Shown: in pieces, positions 27,405 to 36,140 of the stretch
How positions within the stretch are numbered: the first letter of the stretch is position 1
How the letters are laid out: the number at the start of each line of letters is the position of its first letter
Source: an uncultured Eggerthellaceae bacterium
GTDB taxonomy: Bacteria > Actinomycetota > Coriobacteriia > Coriobacteriales > Eggerthellaceae
Length of the DNA: 64,000 nucleotides
Assembly: GCA_910588985.1 (NCBI GenBank)
Contig: CAJURO010000003.1
Span: 10,169 to 74,168 of the forward strand
Direction of reading: 5' to 3'
Notes under the pieces: generated by a model
The model's input: the letters and a program-made list of their open reading frames with translations, nothing else
Database searches by the model: none
What the model was told of the DNA's origin: nothing
Translations under genes and position numbers: made by a program

Positions 27405-28250
27405 CTATGACTTGACGACAAAGGAATAGGACGCTTCGCCATTCTCGAAGCTAACATCAAGGGTGTAAAGATGTCCCGCATTGACATCAAAGGTTAAGCT
27501 TGAGCTTGCCTTGTCGAACACGATGCCATATGCATTGTTGCTGTCAGCGACAAGCCCTTTGCCTTGCACCTCGTCGAGTGGTATGCACATGACGGATGCT
27601 TCATCAATGTCTCGTGAGAAGCTTACCGTTACTTCATTCGTGTCGTTGATGACCATATCTGGCACTCCTTCAAGAACGGTACCATCCTCGGCAAGACATG
27701 AGCCATCGCTTACTTGGGGATCACCCGATCCTGTGATCATGTAGGAGAATGCCTCAAGTGCGACTGTGATAGAGCCAACATCCTCGATAGTGTATTCAAC
27801 CTGAGCAGTAGGCACTTCATCGGGATCGTCTTCTGCGAAGACGCGTGCGATGATGTAGTCATATTGAGAGACAAGGACATCGTCGAAGCCGATCACATCG
27901 ATTCGCGTGATACCAGGATATTGCGCTGGGTAGCTTTCAGCCATGATGCCGTTGCCGACTACGCTTACGATATCCCCAGGGACAAGCTCAGAGACGTCGA
28001 TCTTCTCTCCCTCTTGCGAAAAGAGGCCACCTTCAGGGATATAGGGAAAGTACACTGCCTCAGTTTCTATATCAGCTAAGAGCGCTGCTCCGTCCTTTAC
28101 GTAGAGGACAACGGATTCGTTCGTCACCTCATCATCGTTCTTCTCAGTACTGCATCCGAGGAGGATGAGCAAGAGGACAAACAAGCTGCATAATGCGATC
28201 AAGCTGATCAAGCGCACAGGCAGGGTCTTATTCGCAGTTCTTTCGAGCAT
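27405..28250 (-). CDS. Hypothetical lipoprotein
   Basis: Signal peptide ending in the lipobox LLGCS. Start trimmed to the Met preceded by GAGAGGAG. No recognisable domain. Confidence 0.65.
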   Translation of the reverse strand: MLERTANKTLPVRLISLIALCSLFVLLLILLGCSTEKNDDEVTNESVVLYVKDGAALLADIETEAVYFPYIPEGGLFSQEGEKIDVSELVPGDIVSVVGNGIMAESYPAQYPGITRIDVIGFDDVLVSQYDYIIARVFAEDDPDEVPTAQVEYTIEDVGSITVALEAFSYMITGSGDPQVSDGSCLAEDGTVLEGVPDMVINDTNEVTVSFSRDIDEASVMCIPLDEVQGKGLVADSNNAYGIVFDKASSSLTFDVNAGHLYTLDVSFENGEASYSFVVKS

Positions 28251-28418
28251 GGCACTCCTCTCAACACAAGCAGGTGTGATACCTTGACTCGTTGAATTGT
28301 ATTTCAATGCAGAACAATTACAATTGTTCGAGATTTAGTTGTAACATGCGCGTCGCAGGCGGCTCCTGCATCTCGCTTTCATATTTTGATAGATCTGACC
28401 TGATAGAGGAGAGAATAG

Positions 28419-30770
28419 ATGTCCCTTGATCTTTCCACGCTCAATGATGCTCAAGCAGAGGCTGTTTCGCTCACTGAAGGGCCGCTTCTCGTGCTCGCCG
28501 GCGCCGGAAGCGGCAAAACACGCGTCCTTACGTATCGCATTGCCCATATTCTTGATTCGGACCTTGCCGCGCCCTGGGAGATCCTTGCTATCACCTTCAC
28601 CAATAAGGCTGCAGCAGAGATGCGCGAGAGGCTTGCAGCGCTTGTGGGAGGGCGATCCCGAGGAATGTGGGTCTCGACCTTTCATAGCATGTGCGTGCGC
28701 ATGCTCCGTGCTGATGCGGAGCGACTTGGGTTCACGCAGAGCTTCACCATCTATGATACTGACGATCAAAAGCGCCTCATCAAGACGATCCTTGAAGAGA
28801 TGGATGTCAACCCGAAGATCTACACTCCCAATTCCAGCCTGAATCGGATCTCTCAAGCAAAGAACGAGCTGCTCGTACCAAGCGTGTTCGCTGAGACCGT
28901 GAATGATCCTGTCGGCAAAGTTGCTGCTCGAGCTTATACGCGCTATCAGGAGCGCTTGAAAGCCGCAAATGCCTTCGATTTTGACGACCTTCTGATGTAT
29001 GCATACCTTTTGCTCGCGCATCATGCAGATGTTCTCGAGGCTTATCGAGAGCGTTTTCGCTATATCCTCGTCGATGAATATCAAGACACCAATCATGCTC
29101 AATACGAGATCACGAAGCTTCTTGCTGCAGGGCATCAGAACATCATGGTCGTTGGTGATGATGACCAATCGATCTACTCATGGCGCGGTGCTGATATCAG
29201 GAACATCCTCGAGTTCGAAGAAGATTATCCTCAAGCACAAGTCATCAAGCTCGAGCAGAACTATCGAAGCGTTGGCAATATCCTCGATGCCGCGAATGCG
29301 GTGATTTCCCATAATGTGAACCGCAAGCAGAAGAAGCTCTACACGCAAGGGTCTGCGGGTGAGAAGATCGGCGTTTTCGTAGCATCCGATGAACGTGATG
29401 AGGGGCGATGGATAGCCTCCGAGATCGACAAGCTCAAAGCTGATGGCATTGGCTATCACCAGATCGCTGTTTTCTATCGCACAAATGCGCAATCCCGTGT
29501 GCTTGAGGATATGCTGTTGCGCGCGGGTGTGCCATACAGGATAGTCGGCGGCACGAAGTTCTTCGATCGTGCTGAGATCAGGAATTGCATGGCATACCTT
29601 TCTCTTGTGGTCAATCCTGCCGACGATGTCTCCTTCGAGCGCATCATCAATGTTCCAAGACGTGGCATCGGCAAAACGACGCTTGAAAGGGTGCGCGAGA
29701 TAGCCGCGACTCATCATATGCCCTACGTTGAAGCAGCGGAGCTCTTGCTTGCTGAGAGCGACGTGCGCCCCAACACGAAGAAGGCGATCGCTGATTTCCT
29801 GGCAAAATTGAGGGAAGCACGCACATATGAAGGCGATCTTCGCAAGGTGATCGAGCGCATCATCGAAGACACGGGGATGATCGAGGCGTATCGCGCAGAA
29901 GCAACCCAAGAATCCGAGAGCCGTATCGAGAACATCCAAGAGTTCTTTGGCGTTGTCACTGAGTTCAAGGAGACGCATGACGATGAAGATGCTCCTTTCG
30001 AGGCGCCAACAGCATCTGCAAACCCTCTGCTTGAAGATGCTGAGATTGATCCCGCGCATAGTGAGCCTGTGCGCGTGCTGAGCGGTGATTCGCTCGAAGA
30101 CTTCCTTGAATGGGTACGACTTCGCACCGACCTTGACTCGATGTCCGAGGATGGACGTGCAGTCACGCTCATGACGGTCCATGCTGCAAAGGGCCTTGAA
30201 TTCGACGGCGTATTCGTTGCTGGAATGGAGGAGAGCATCTTCCCGCATATGAACTCGATCAGCGACAGCGCTCTCATCGAAGAGGAGAGGCGGCTTGCTT
30301 ATGTGGCTATCACGCGGGCACGAAAGCGTCTCTATCTTACTTGCGCGCAGACACGGCAGCTCTTCGGTCAAACGAATGCGAATCCGCTCTCTCGCTTCAT
30401 ATCCGAGATCCCGCATGAGCTTAAAACCACGCTTGGTCTTGGATCAGCAGGCTTTTCTGGCAGCGGCTGGGAGAAGCGCGGAAGCAGGCGCGGTATTTCA
30501 GGAAGTGGACGTGAAGCAGGGGAGGGCCGCGTATTCGGCCGTTCAAGCGCACAGGGAGGAGAGCGTCGCAGTCAGCGAGCTCAAGCATCCAGCGGCAAGC
30601 GGGCGGGAGCGCGGACGACGTTCTCTGTGGGCGACACCATAGATCACAAGACGTTTGGAAAGGGAAGCGTCGTCAAAGTCGATGGCGATACGCTCCACGT
30701 TAAGTTCGTCAAGGGTGGTCAGGTTAAGCGCTTGCTCAAGGACTACGCTCCGATCGTGAAGATATCCTAA
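28419..30770 (+). CDS. pcrA: ATP-dependent DNA helicase PcrA/UvrD
   Basis: Walker A AGAGSGKT, DEYQDTN, VHAAKGLEF and YVAITRAR motifs. A Gly/Ser/Arg-rich linker precedes a C-terminal Tudor-like segment (GDTIDHKTFGKGSVV). Confidence 0.93.
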   Translation: MSLDLSTLNDAQAEAVSLTEGPLLVLAGAGSGKTRVLTYRIAHILDSDLAAPWEILAITFTNKAAAEMRERLAALVGGRSRGMWVSTFHSMCVRMLRADAERLGFTQSFTIYDTDDQKRLIKTILEEMDVNPKIYTPNSSLNRISQAKNELLVPSVFAETVNDPVGKVAARAYTRYQERLKAANAFDFDDLLMYAYLLLAHHADVLEAYRERFRYILVDEYQDTNHAQYEITKLLAAGHQNIMVVGDDDQSIYSWRGADIRNILEFEEDYPQAQVIKLEQNYRSVGNILDAANAVISHNVNRKQKKLYTQGSAGEKIGVFVASDERDEGRWIASEIDKLKADGIGYHQIAVFYRTNAQSRVLEDMLLRAGVPYRIVGGTKFFDRAEIRNCMAYLSLVVNPADDVSFERIINVPRRGIGKTTLERVREIAATHHMPYVEAAELLLAESDVRPNTKKAIADFLAKLREARTYEGDLRKVIERIIEDTGMIEAYRAEATQESESRIENIQEFFGVVTEFKETHDDEDAPFEAPTASANPLLEDAEIDPAHSEPVRVLSGDSLEDFLEWVRLRTDLDSMSEDGRAVTLMTVHAAKGLEFDGVFVAGMEESIFPHMNSISDSALIEEERRLAYVAITRARKRLYLTCAQTRQLFGQTNANPLSRFISEIPHELKTTLGLGSAGFSGSGWEKRGSRRGISGSGREAGEGRVFGRSSAQGGERRSQRAQASSGKRAGARTTFSVGDTIDHKTFGKGSVVKVDGDTLHVKFVKGGQVKRLLKDYAPIVKIS

Positions 30771-30803
30771 GAGAAAGGCCCTCATTCGTCGAGGGCCCTT
30801 CTC
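30771..30803. terminator. Putative bidirectional terminator between pcrA and sstT
   Basis: 13-nt arms GAGAAAGGCCCTC/GAGGGCCCTTCTC (one mismatch) with a 7-nt loop. It begins directly after the pcrA stop. The U-tract is weak. Confidence 0.5.
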
Positions 30804-30832
30804 TTGAAGCGTTGCCTCTTTTCGAAGAAGCT

Positions 30833-32182
30833 CTAATCCAGCTCGTCAGAGGAGAATGCGTCGCGTCCGAGATGGTACTCGATGCCATTCTTCTTCATCT
30901 GGCGGTATTCCGCAGTTGCCGTGAAGAGAACGTCTGACGAGGAATTAAGAGCAGTCTCACAGGAATCCTGGATAACGCCGATGATGAAGCCGATCGCAAC
31001 GACCTCCATGGCCACGGTCGTGTCGATCCCAAAGAGCGAACATGCAAGAGGGATGAGCAGAAGCGATCCACCAGCCACGCCGCTTGCACCACAGGCGCTC
31101 AGAGCTGCAAGGACGCAAAGGATAATAGCCGTTATCGGGTCAACGGTAAGGCCAACGGTATGCGCAGCGGCCATGGTCATGACAGTGATGGTCACGGCAG
31201 CACCTGCCATATTGATGGTGGCGCCAAGAGGGATCGAGACGGAGTAGTTGTCTTTGTTGAGACCAAGCTTGCGGCAAAGCTCCATGTTGATGGGAATGTT
31301 CGCTGCTGATGAACGGGTGAAGAAGGCAGTGATACCTGAATCCTTCAAGCATCTGAGAACAAGGGGATAAGGGTTCTGACGCGTGCAGATGAATACGATG
31401 AGCGGGTTGGTAACAAGCGCGATCAAGAGCATGCAGCCAACAAGGAGGATGATGAGCTGCCCATACACGACGAAGATATCAGCTCCGCTCTCGGATACAG
31501 AGGTATAGACCAGTCCCATGATGCCAAAGGGTGCGAGGTTGATAACCCAGCGAACAGCCATGGATACAGCATCAGAGATAGCAGCGAACACATCCTTGAC
31601 ATTTTGAGATGAGCGACGCAATGCAATACCAAGCACGATAGCCCAAGCAAGGATACCGATGAAGTTAGCATTCGCAAGAGCATCGACCGGATTCGCTGCC
31701 ACGTTCATGATGATGGTCGTAAGCACCTCGCCGATACCAGAAGGTGAAGACTGGTCTACCTCCTCTGCGATGCTGAAGGTGAGCTCAATGGGGAAGAGAT
31801 AGCTTCCAATAACAGCAACCAAGGCTGCAACAAGCGTTGATATCACATAGAGAACGATGACCGTTTTCATCGACTTTGCGGCCTTGGCATTCGGAAGCGC
31901 CGAGATGACGATGAAGAACACGAGGATAGGCGCCACAGCGCGCAGGGCAGAAACAAAGAGATTGCCCAACAGCGTGATGAACTCGCTGATGCCAACAGTC
32001 CATTCTGGTCCATCCTGCGGAAAGACGAAGGCAAGGACAAGGCCAATGACAAGGCCGACAACGATGCGAAGGATCAAGCTTGTTTCGCTGTATCGTTGAA
32101 AGATGTTCTTCTTTTTCCCGCTCGCGTTCTCCCCTTCGGGGCTTTTCTGCGGCTCGTTTGCATTCAAGGCTTCTTCGGCCAT
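30833..32182 (-). CDS. sstT: Sodium:dicarboxylate-symporter-family serine/threonine transporter
   Basis: 449-aa polytopic membrane protein with DAACS-type blocks (TRSSAANIP, GATINMAGAA). Confidence 0.8.
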   Translation of the reverse strand: MAEEALNANEPQKSPEGENASGKKKNIFQRYSETSLILRIVVGLVIGLVLAFVFPQDGPEWTVGISEFITLLGNLFVSALRAVAPILVFFIVISALPNAKAAKSMKTVIVLYVISTLVAALVAVIGSYLFPIELTFSIAEEVDQSSPSGIGEVLTTIIMNVAANPVDALANANFIGILAWAIVLGIALRRSSQNVKDVFAAISDAVSMAVRWVINLAPFGIMGLVYTSVSESGADIFVVYGQLIILLVGCMLLIALVTNPLIVFICTRQNPYPLVLRCLKDSGITAFFTRSSAANIPINMELCRKLGLNKDNYSVSIPLGATINMAGAAVTITVMTMAAAHTVGLTVDPITAIILCVLAALSACGASGVAGGSLLLIPLACSLFGIDTTVAMEVVAIGFIIGVIQDSCETALNSSSDVLFTATAEYRQMKKNGIEYHLGRDAFSSDELD

Positions 32183-32336
32183 GTTCGAACCTCCATAGAT
32201 GTGTTGATCGATACATGAGAATCTATACCACTTCGCTCGCTTCGCATTTTTGCAAACAGGTGGTTGAGCCTTCGAGTGCGTTGTGCTTCTCGGTGAAAAC
32301 GCCAGAGAGGCAAGAGAAAGAGCAGAGCAAAAGGAA

Positions 32337-32422
32337 TGGTGCGGGCGAAAGGACTTGAACCTTCACGGGGATCACCCACCAGAACCTAAATCTGGTGCGT
32401 CTGCCAATTCCGCCACGCCCGC
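32337..32422 (-). tRNA. tRNA-Leu (anticodon UAG), CCA-encoded
   Basis: The reverse complement folds as a cloverleaf. Acceptor stem GCGGGCG/CGCCCGC. Anticodon stem CCAGA/TCTGG with loop TTTAGGT (anticodon TAG). Long variable arm, T-loop TTCAAGT, discriminator A, then CCA. Confidence 0.9.
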
Positions 32423-32520
32423 ATATACGCATCGAAGCAAAGAAGATTGCCGTGCCTTAAAGCTGCCATATGATACCATATCGACTGTTTGAAAAGTTGT
32501 ATTCTAACTTGGTATGGAGG

Positions 32521-33858
32521 ATGTACGTGGACGTTTCAGTTCAAACGATGGATGATAACAAGATCAAGGCAGAGGTCACGCTTGACGCAAAGACGGTTGA
32601 CGCCAAGATCGATGCGATATACAAGGATTATGCCAAGCGCTATAACTTCCCAGGCTTTCGTCGTGGGCGTGCGCCACGTCCTGTGATCGATAACGCTGTC
32701 GGCCGTGAGGCGATCCTTGCCACTGCTACCGAGGAACTCATCAACGAAGCGTATCCGCTCGTTGTTGAGCAGGAGAAGCTCTACCCTGTTGCCTCTCCTG
32801 ATTTCGGGGAACCAAGCACTGCCGAATCCGGCAAGCCGCTCTCATTCGAATTCACCCTTGCTGTGAAGCCTGTCTTCGAGCTTTCAAGCTATGATCCCGT
32901 TGAGATCGAGGTGCCGAAGGCTGAACCAACGGAAAAAGAGGTCGATAGCCAGATCGATGCATTGCGCGAGCACTACAAGTCGTATGCAAGCGCAGACGAG
33001 GGCGCTGTCCTCGAGAACACGAACAGCGCTGAGATCAATGTTGTTGCAACGAAGTCCGATGGCGAGGAGATCAAGAGCTTGAGCGGCGACCAGCCATTCT
33101 TCGCGCTTGGCATTGGGCTTTATTCCGAGAGCTTCGATGAGCATGTCAAGGGCATGAAGGTTGGCGAGAAGCGATCCTTCAAGATCGACGTGCCGAAAGA
33201 TGAGCAAGCGGTATACTTTGCGGACCTGACCGGTGAGGAGGTCTCCTTCGAGGTCACGGTCAAGGCTATCCAAGAAGAGAAGCTTCCTGAGCTTACTGAT
33301 GAGTGGGTAAAGGAAACGCTGCAGATGGATAGCGTTGAGGATCTTCGGAAGAATGTCGCAGAGTCCATCGAAAGGCAAGTTGAGCAGTTCTTGCCGCAGA
33401 TCAAGGAGAACGCTTGCGCGCGTGTTCTCGTCGAGCGTTTTGACGACGAGGTTCCAGAGAGCATGGTTGAGCAGGCCGAATCAACGCTCTTGCAGGACTT
33501 CTTCACGCAATTGCAGTCTCAAGGCATGAGCTTTGATACGTACTTGAAATCACGCAGCATCACTTCTGAACAGTTCAAAGAGGATGTAAAGAAGCAAGCC
33601 GCAGACCAAGCTGCTGAAGAGCTCGCCCTTGAAGCGTGGGCGCATCATGCAGGGATCGAAGTCACTGATGAGGATGTCTCAGAAGAGTTTGCAAAAGCTG
33701 GCCTGGAAGATCCGAAGAAGACAGAAGAGGAATGGCGCCGCACTGGTCGTCTCTATATGATCCGCGAGGGCATCCTTCGCGCGAAGGCGATGGAGAACGT
33801 CATCGATACTGCAAAGATCACTGAGGTTGAATTCGATCCCGACCAAGCAAAAGAGTAA
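32521..33858 (+). CDS. tig: Trigger factor
   Basis: FPGFRRGRAPRPV ribosome-binding signature with PPIase and C-terminal domains. Start trimmed from the ORF track. A GTG at 32527 has better spacing from GGAGG. Confidence 0.9.
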   Translation: MYVDVSVQTMDDNKIKAEVTLDAKTVDAKIDAIYKDYAKRYNFPGFRRGRAPRPVIDNAVGREAILATATEELINEAYPLVVEQEKLYPVASPDFGEPSTAESGKPLSFEFTLAVKPVFELSSYDPVEIEVPKAEPTEKEVDSQIDALREHYKSYASADEGAVLENTNSAEINVVATKSDGEEIKSLSGDQPFFALGIGLYSESFDEHVKGMKVGEKRSFKIDVPKDEQAVYFADLTGEEVSFEVTVKAIQEEKLPELTDEWVKETLQMDSVEDLRKNVAESIERQVEQFLPQIKENACARVLVERFDDEVPESMVEQAESTLLQDFFTQLQSQGMSFDTYLKSRSITSEQFKEDVKKQAADQAAEELALEAWAHHAGIEVTDEDVSEEFAKAGLEDPKKTEEEWRRTGRLYMIREGILRAKAMENVIDTAKITEVEFDPDQAKE

Positions 33859-33995
33859 AACGAGCGGATTCATCCTGTGTTCTTTTCGCGATACGCCATG
33901 TCTCGTTTGCCGCGCATGAACATCTGTACCATAATATGAATCGAAACATACACGCTCTAGATTCATGAAGCTAGAGCATCGGAAAGCGAGGAACA

Positions 33996-34604
33996 ATGGG
34001 AATCGAAAGAGCACAGAGCGCATTGATACCGTACGTCATCGAACAATCTCCGCGTGGAGAGCGCAGCTATGACATCTATTCAAGACTCCTTAACGATCGC
34101 ATCATCTTCTTGGGAGAGCAGATCGACGATCATGTTGCGAATTCAGTGGTTGCACAGCTTCTCCATTTGGAAAGCGCTGACCCTGAGAAGGATATCTCGC
34201 TCTACATCAATTCGCCTGGTGGGTCGGTCACAGCAGGTCTTGGCATCTTGGATACGATGAATTTCATCCAGTGCGACGTTTCCACCATCTGCATTGGAGA
34301 ATGCGCATCCATGGCGGCTGTTCTCCTCTCTTCCGGAGCGAAGGGCAAGCGCTATTGCCTGCCCAACTCCATGGTGCTGATCCATCAACCACTTGGTGGT
34401 GCCCAGGGTCAACAGACAGAGATCGCCATCGTTGCTGACTTCATGCTGAAGACCCGCAAACGGTTGAACAAGATCCTTTCAGATAATACAGGTCAATCGA
34501 TCGAGAAGATCCAGCTCGATACTGAACGTGATAACTACATGACTGCCGAGGAAGCTAAGGAATACGGCCTTGTTGATGAGATCATCCTCCATCATGGGAA
34601 ATAA
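33996..34604 (+). CDS. clpP: ATP-dependent Clp protease proteolytic subunit
   Basis: [19 protein letters not shown] start, catalytic Ser context GECASMAA, and LIHQPLGG. Confidence 0.95.
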   Translation: MGIERAQSALIPYVIEQSPRGERSYDIYSRLLNDRIIFLGEQIDDHVANSVVAQLLHLESADPEKDISLYINSPGGSVTAGLGILDTMNFIQCDVSTICIGECASMAAVLLSSGAKGKRYCLPNSMVLIHQPLGGAQGQQTEIAIVADFMLKTRKRLNKILSDNTGQSIEKIQLDTERDNYMTAEEAKEYGLVDEIILHHGK

Positions 34605-34627
34605 ACGACACGTTTAAGAGCGAATAG

Positions 34628-34661
34628 AAGGAGCCGCCTTATCTGCGCGGCTCCTTTGCTT
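34628..34661 (+). terminator. Putative intrinsic terminator after clpP
   Basis: Stem AAGGAGCCGC/GCGGCTCCTT followed by TGCTTC. A TATAAT hexamer at 34663..34668 follows and could be a clpX promoter. Confidence 0.55.
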
Positions 34662-34713
34662 CTATAATGGAACCTTCTTAGATATGTATGAGACGACGAT
34701 CAGAAGAGAGAGC

Positions 34714-36138
34714 ATGACGAAAGAGAGAAAACAAGACGGTCCAGAGAAGATCGAATGCGCTTTTTGTGGCAAGAGCGCCGATAGAGTCAATTCTCTTATC
34801 TCAGGCCCCAATGGGATCTATATTTGCGACGAGTGCGTAAGCGTTTGCGCCGATGCGCTCATGTCTGAAATGATGCTCTCTATGCAGCAGGGCAATCGCT
34901 CGGACTATCAGCAAATGATGCAGGGCTCCTTTGAGGGGAATACGCTTGAAGCGGGTTCGGGCCAAGCACAAGATGCAACAGCTTCGCATGAAGCGTTCAG
35001 CGCTGAGCACGAATTGCGCGATCTTCCTACTCCTCATGAGATACATGACCATCTTTGCGAGCATGTCGTCGGGCAGGAAAGCGCGAAGCGCGCATTGTCC
35101 GTAGCTGTTTACAACCATTACAAGCGTATTCTCGCTGCAGCCGAAAACGATTCGGAAGACGCTGAAGACTCTGTTGAGATAGACAAATCGAACATCATGT
35201 TGCTCGGCCCGACAGGATCTGGCAAAACATTGCTCGCGCAAACGCTCGCGCGAACGCTCCAGGTTCCGTTCGCTATTGCCGATGCCACCACCCTTACAGA
35301 GGCGGGGTACGTAGGCGAAGATGTGGAGAACATCCTTCTCAAGCTCATCACAGCGGCAGATTTCGACATCGCCAAGGCTGAGATAGGCATCGTCTATATC
35401 GATGAGATCGACAAGATCGCTCGTAAGGCTGAGAACCTTTCCATCACACGTGATGTGTCTGGTGAAGGCGTCCAGCAGGCATTGCTCAAGATCATCGAAG
35501 GATGCGATGCATCGGTACCACCGCAAGGAGGACGCAAGCATCCGGAGCAAGAGCTCCTTCACATCAATACCGACAACATCCTCTTCATTTTGGGTGGGGC
35601 CTTTGTGGGCCTTGCTGATATCGTTGGTGAGCGCGTAGGCAAGAAGGGCCTTGGTTTCGCAAGCGAGCTTCCCGAATCGAAGAAGCAAGCAGAGGCCGAG
35701 CTTTTGGCCCAAGTGCTGCCTGAGGATCTGAACAAGTATGGGATGATCCCTGAATTCGTCGGGCGTATCCCTGTGATCACCTCTCTCGATGAGCTCACTG
35801 AAGATGATCTCGTGCGTATTCTCACTGAACCGAAGAATGCCATTGTCAAGCAGTATCGAAAGATGTTCGAGATCGAGGATGCCCAGCTCGACTTCACGAA
35901 GGAAGCGCTTGCTGCTGTTGCGCATGAAGCGGTGACGCATGGCACAGGCGCGCGCGGCCTTCGCTCGATCTGCGAACGGGTCCTCCTTGACATCATGTTC
36001 GATCTCCCTGAGATGGAAGGGAAGAAGAAGGTCACGATAAGGCCAACTGATATCACAGGAGAAACGTATCCTGAGATCAGCATCGAAAAAGATGCGAAGG
36101 ATGCAAAAGGTTCGAAGGAAGCAAAAGAGGATAAGTAA
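34714..36138 (+). CDS. clpX: ATP-dependent Clp protease ATP-binding subunit ClpX
   Basis: C4 zinc-binding domain (CAFCGK...CDEC), [11 protein letters not shown], Walker A GPTGSGKT and DEIDK. Start trimmed to MTKERKQDG by analogy with the usual ClpX N-terminus. Confidence 0.93.
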   Translation: MTKERKQDGPEKIECAFCGKSADRVNSLISGPNGIYICDECVSVCADALMSEMMLSMQQGNRSDYQQMMQGSFEGNTLEAGSGQAQDATASHEAFSAEHELRDLPTPHEIHDHLCEHVVGQESAKRALSVAVYNHYKRILAAAENDSEDAEDSVEIDKSNIMLLGPTGSGKTLLAQTLARTLQVPFAIADATTLTEAGYVGEDVENILLKLITAADFDIAKAEIGIVYIDEIDKIARKAENLSITRDVSGEGVQQALLKIIEGCDASVPPQGGRKHPEQELLHINTDNILFILGGAFVGLADIVGERVGKKGLGFASELPESKKQAEAELLAQVLPEDLNKYGMIPEFVGRIPVITSLDELTEDDLVRILTEPKNAIVKQYRKMFEIEDAQLDFTKEALAAVAHEAVTHGTGARGLRSICERVLLDIMFDLPEMEGKKKVTIRPTDITGETYPEISIEKDAKDAKGSKEAKEDK

Positions 36139-36140
36139 AC

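Noticed and set aside
32183-32520. tRNA-Leu locus examined as a possible integration hotspot or genomic-island border.
   Set aside because: No integrase, no direct repeat of the tRNA 3' end and no change in gene character on either side. The flanks are sstT and tig.
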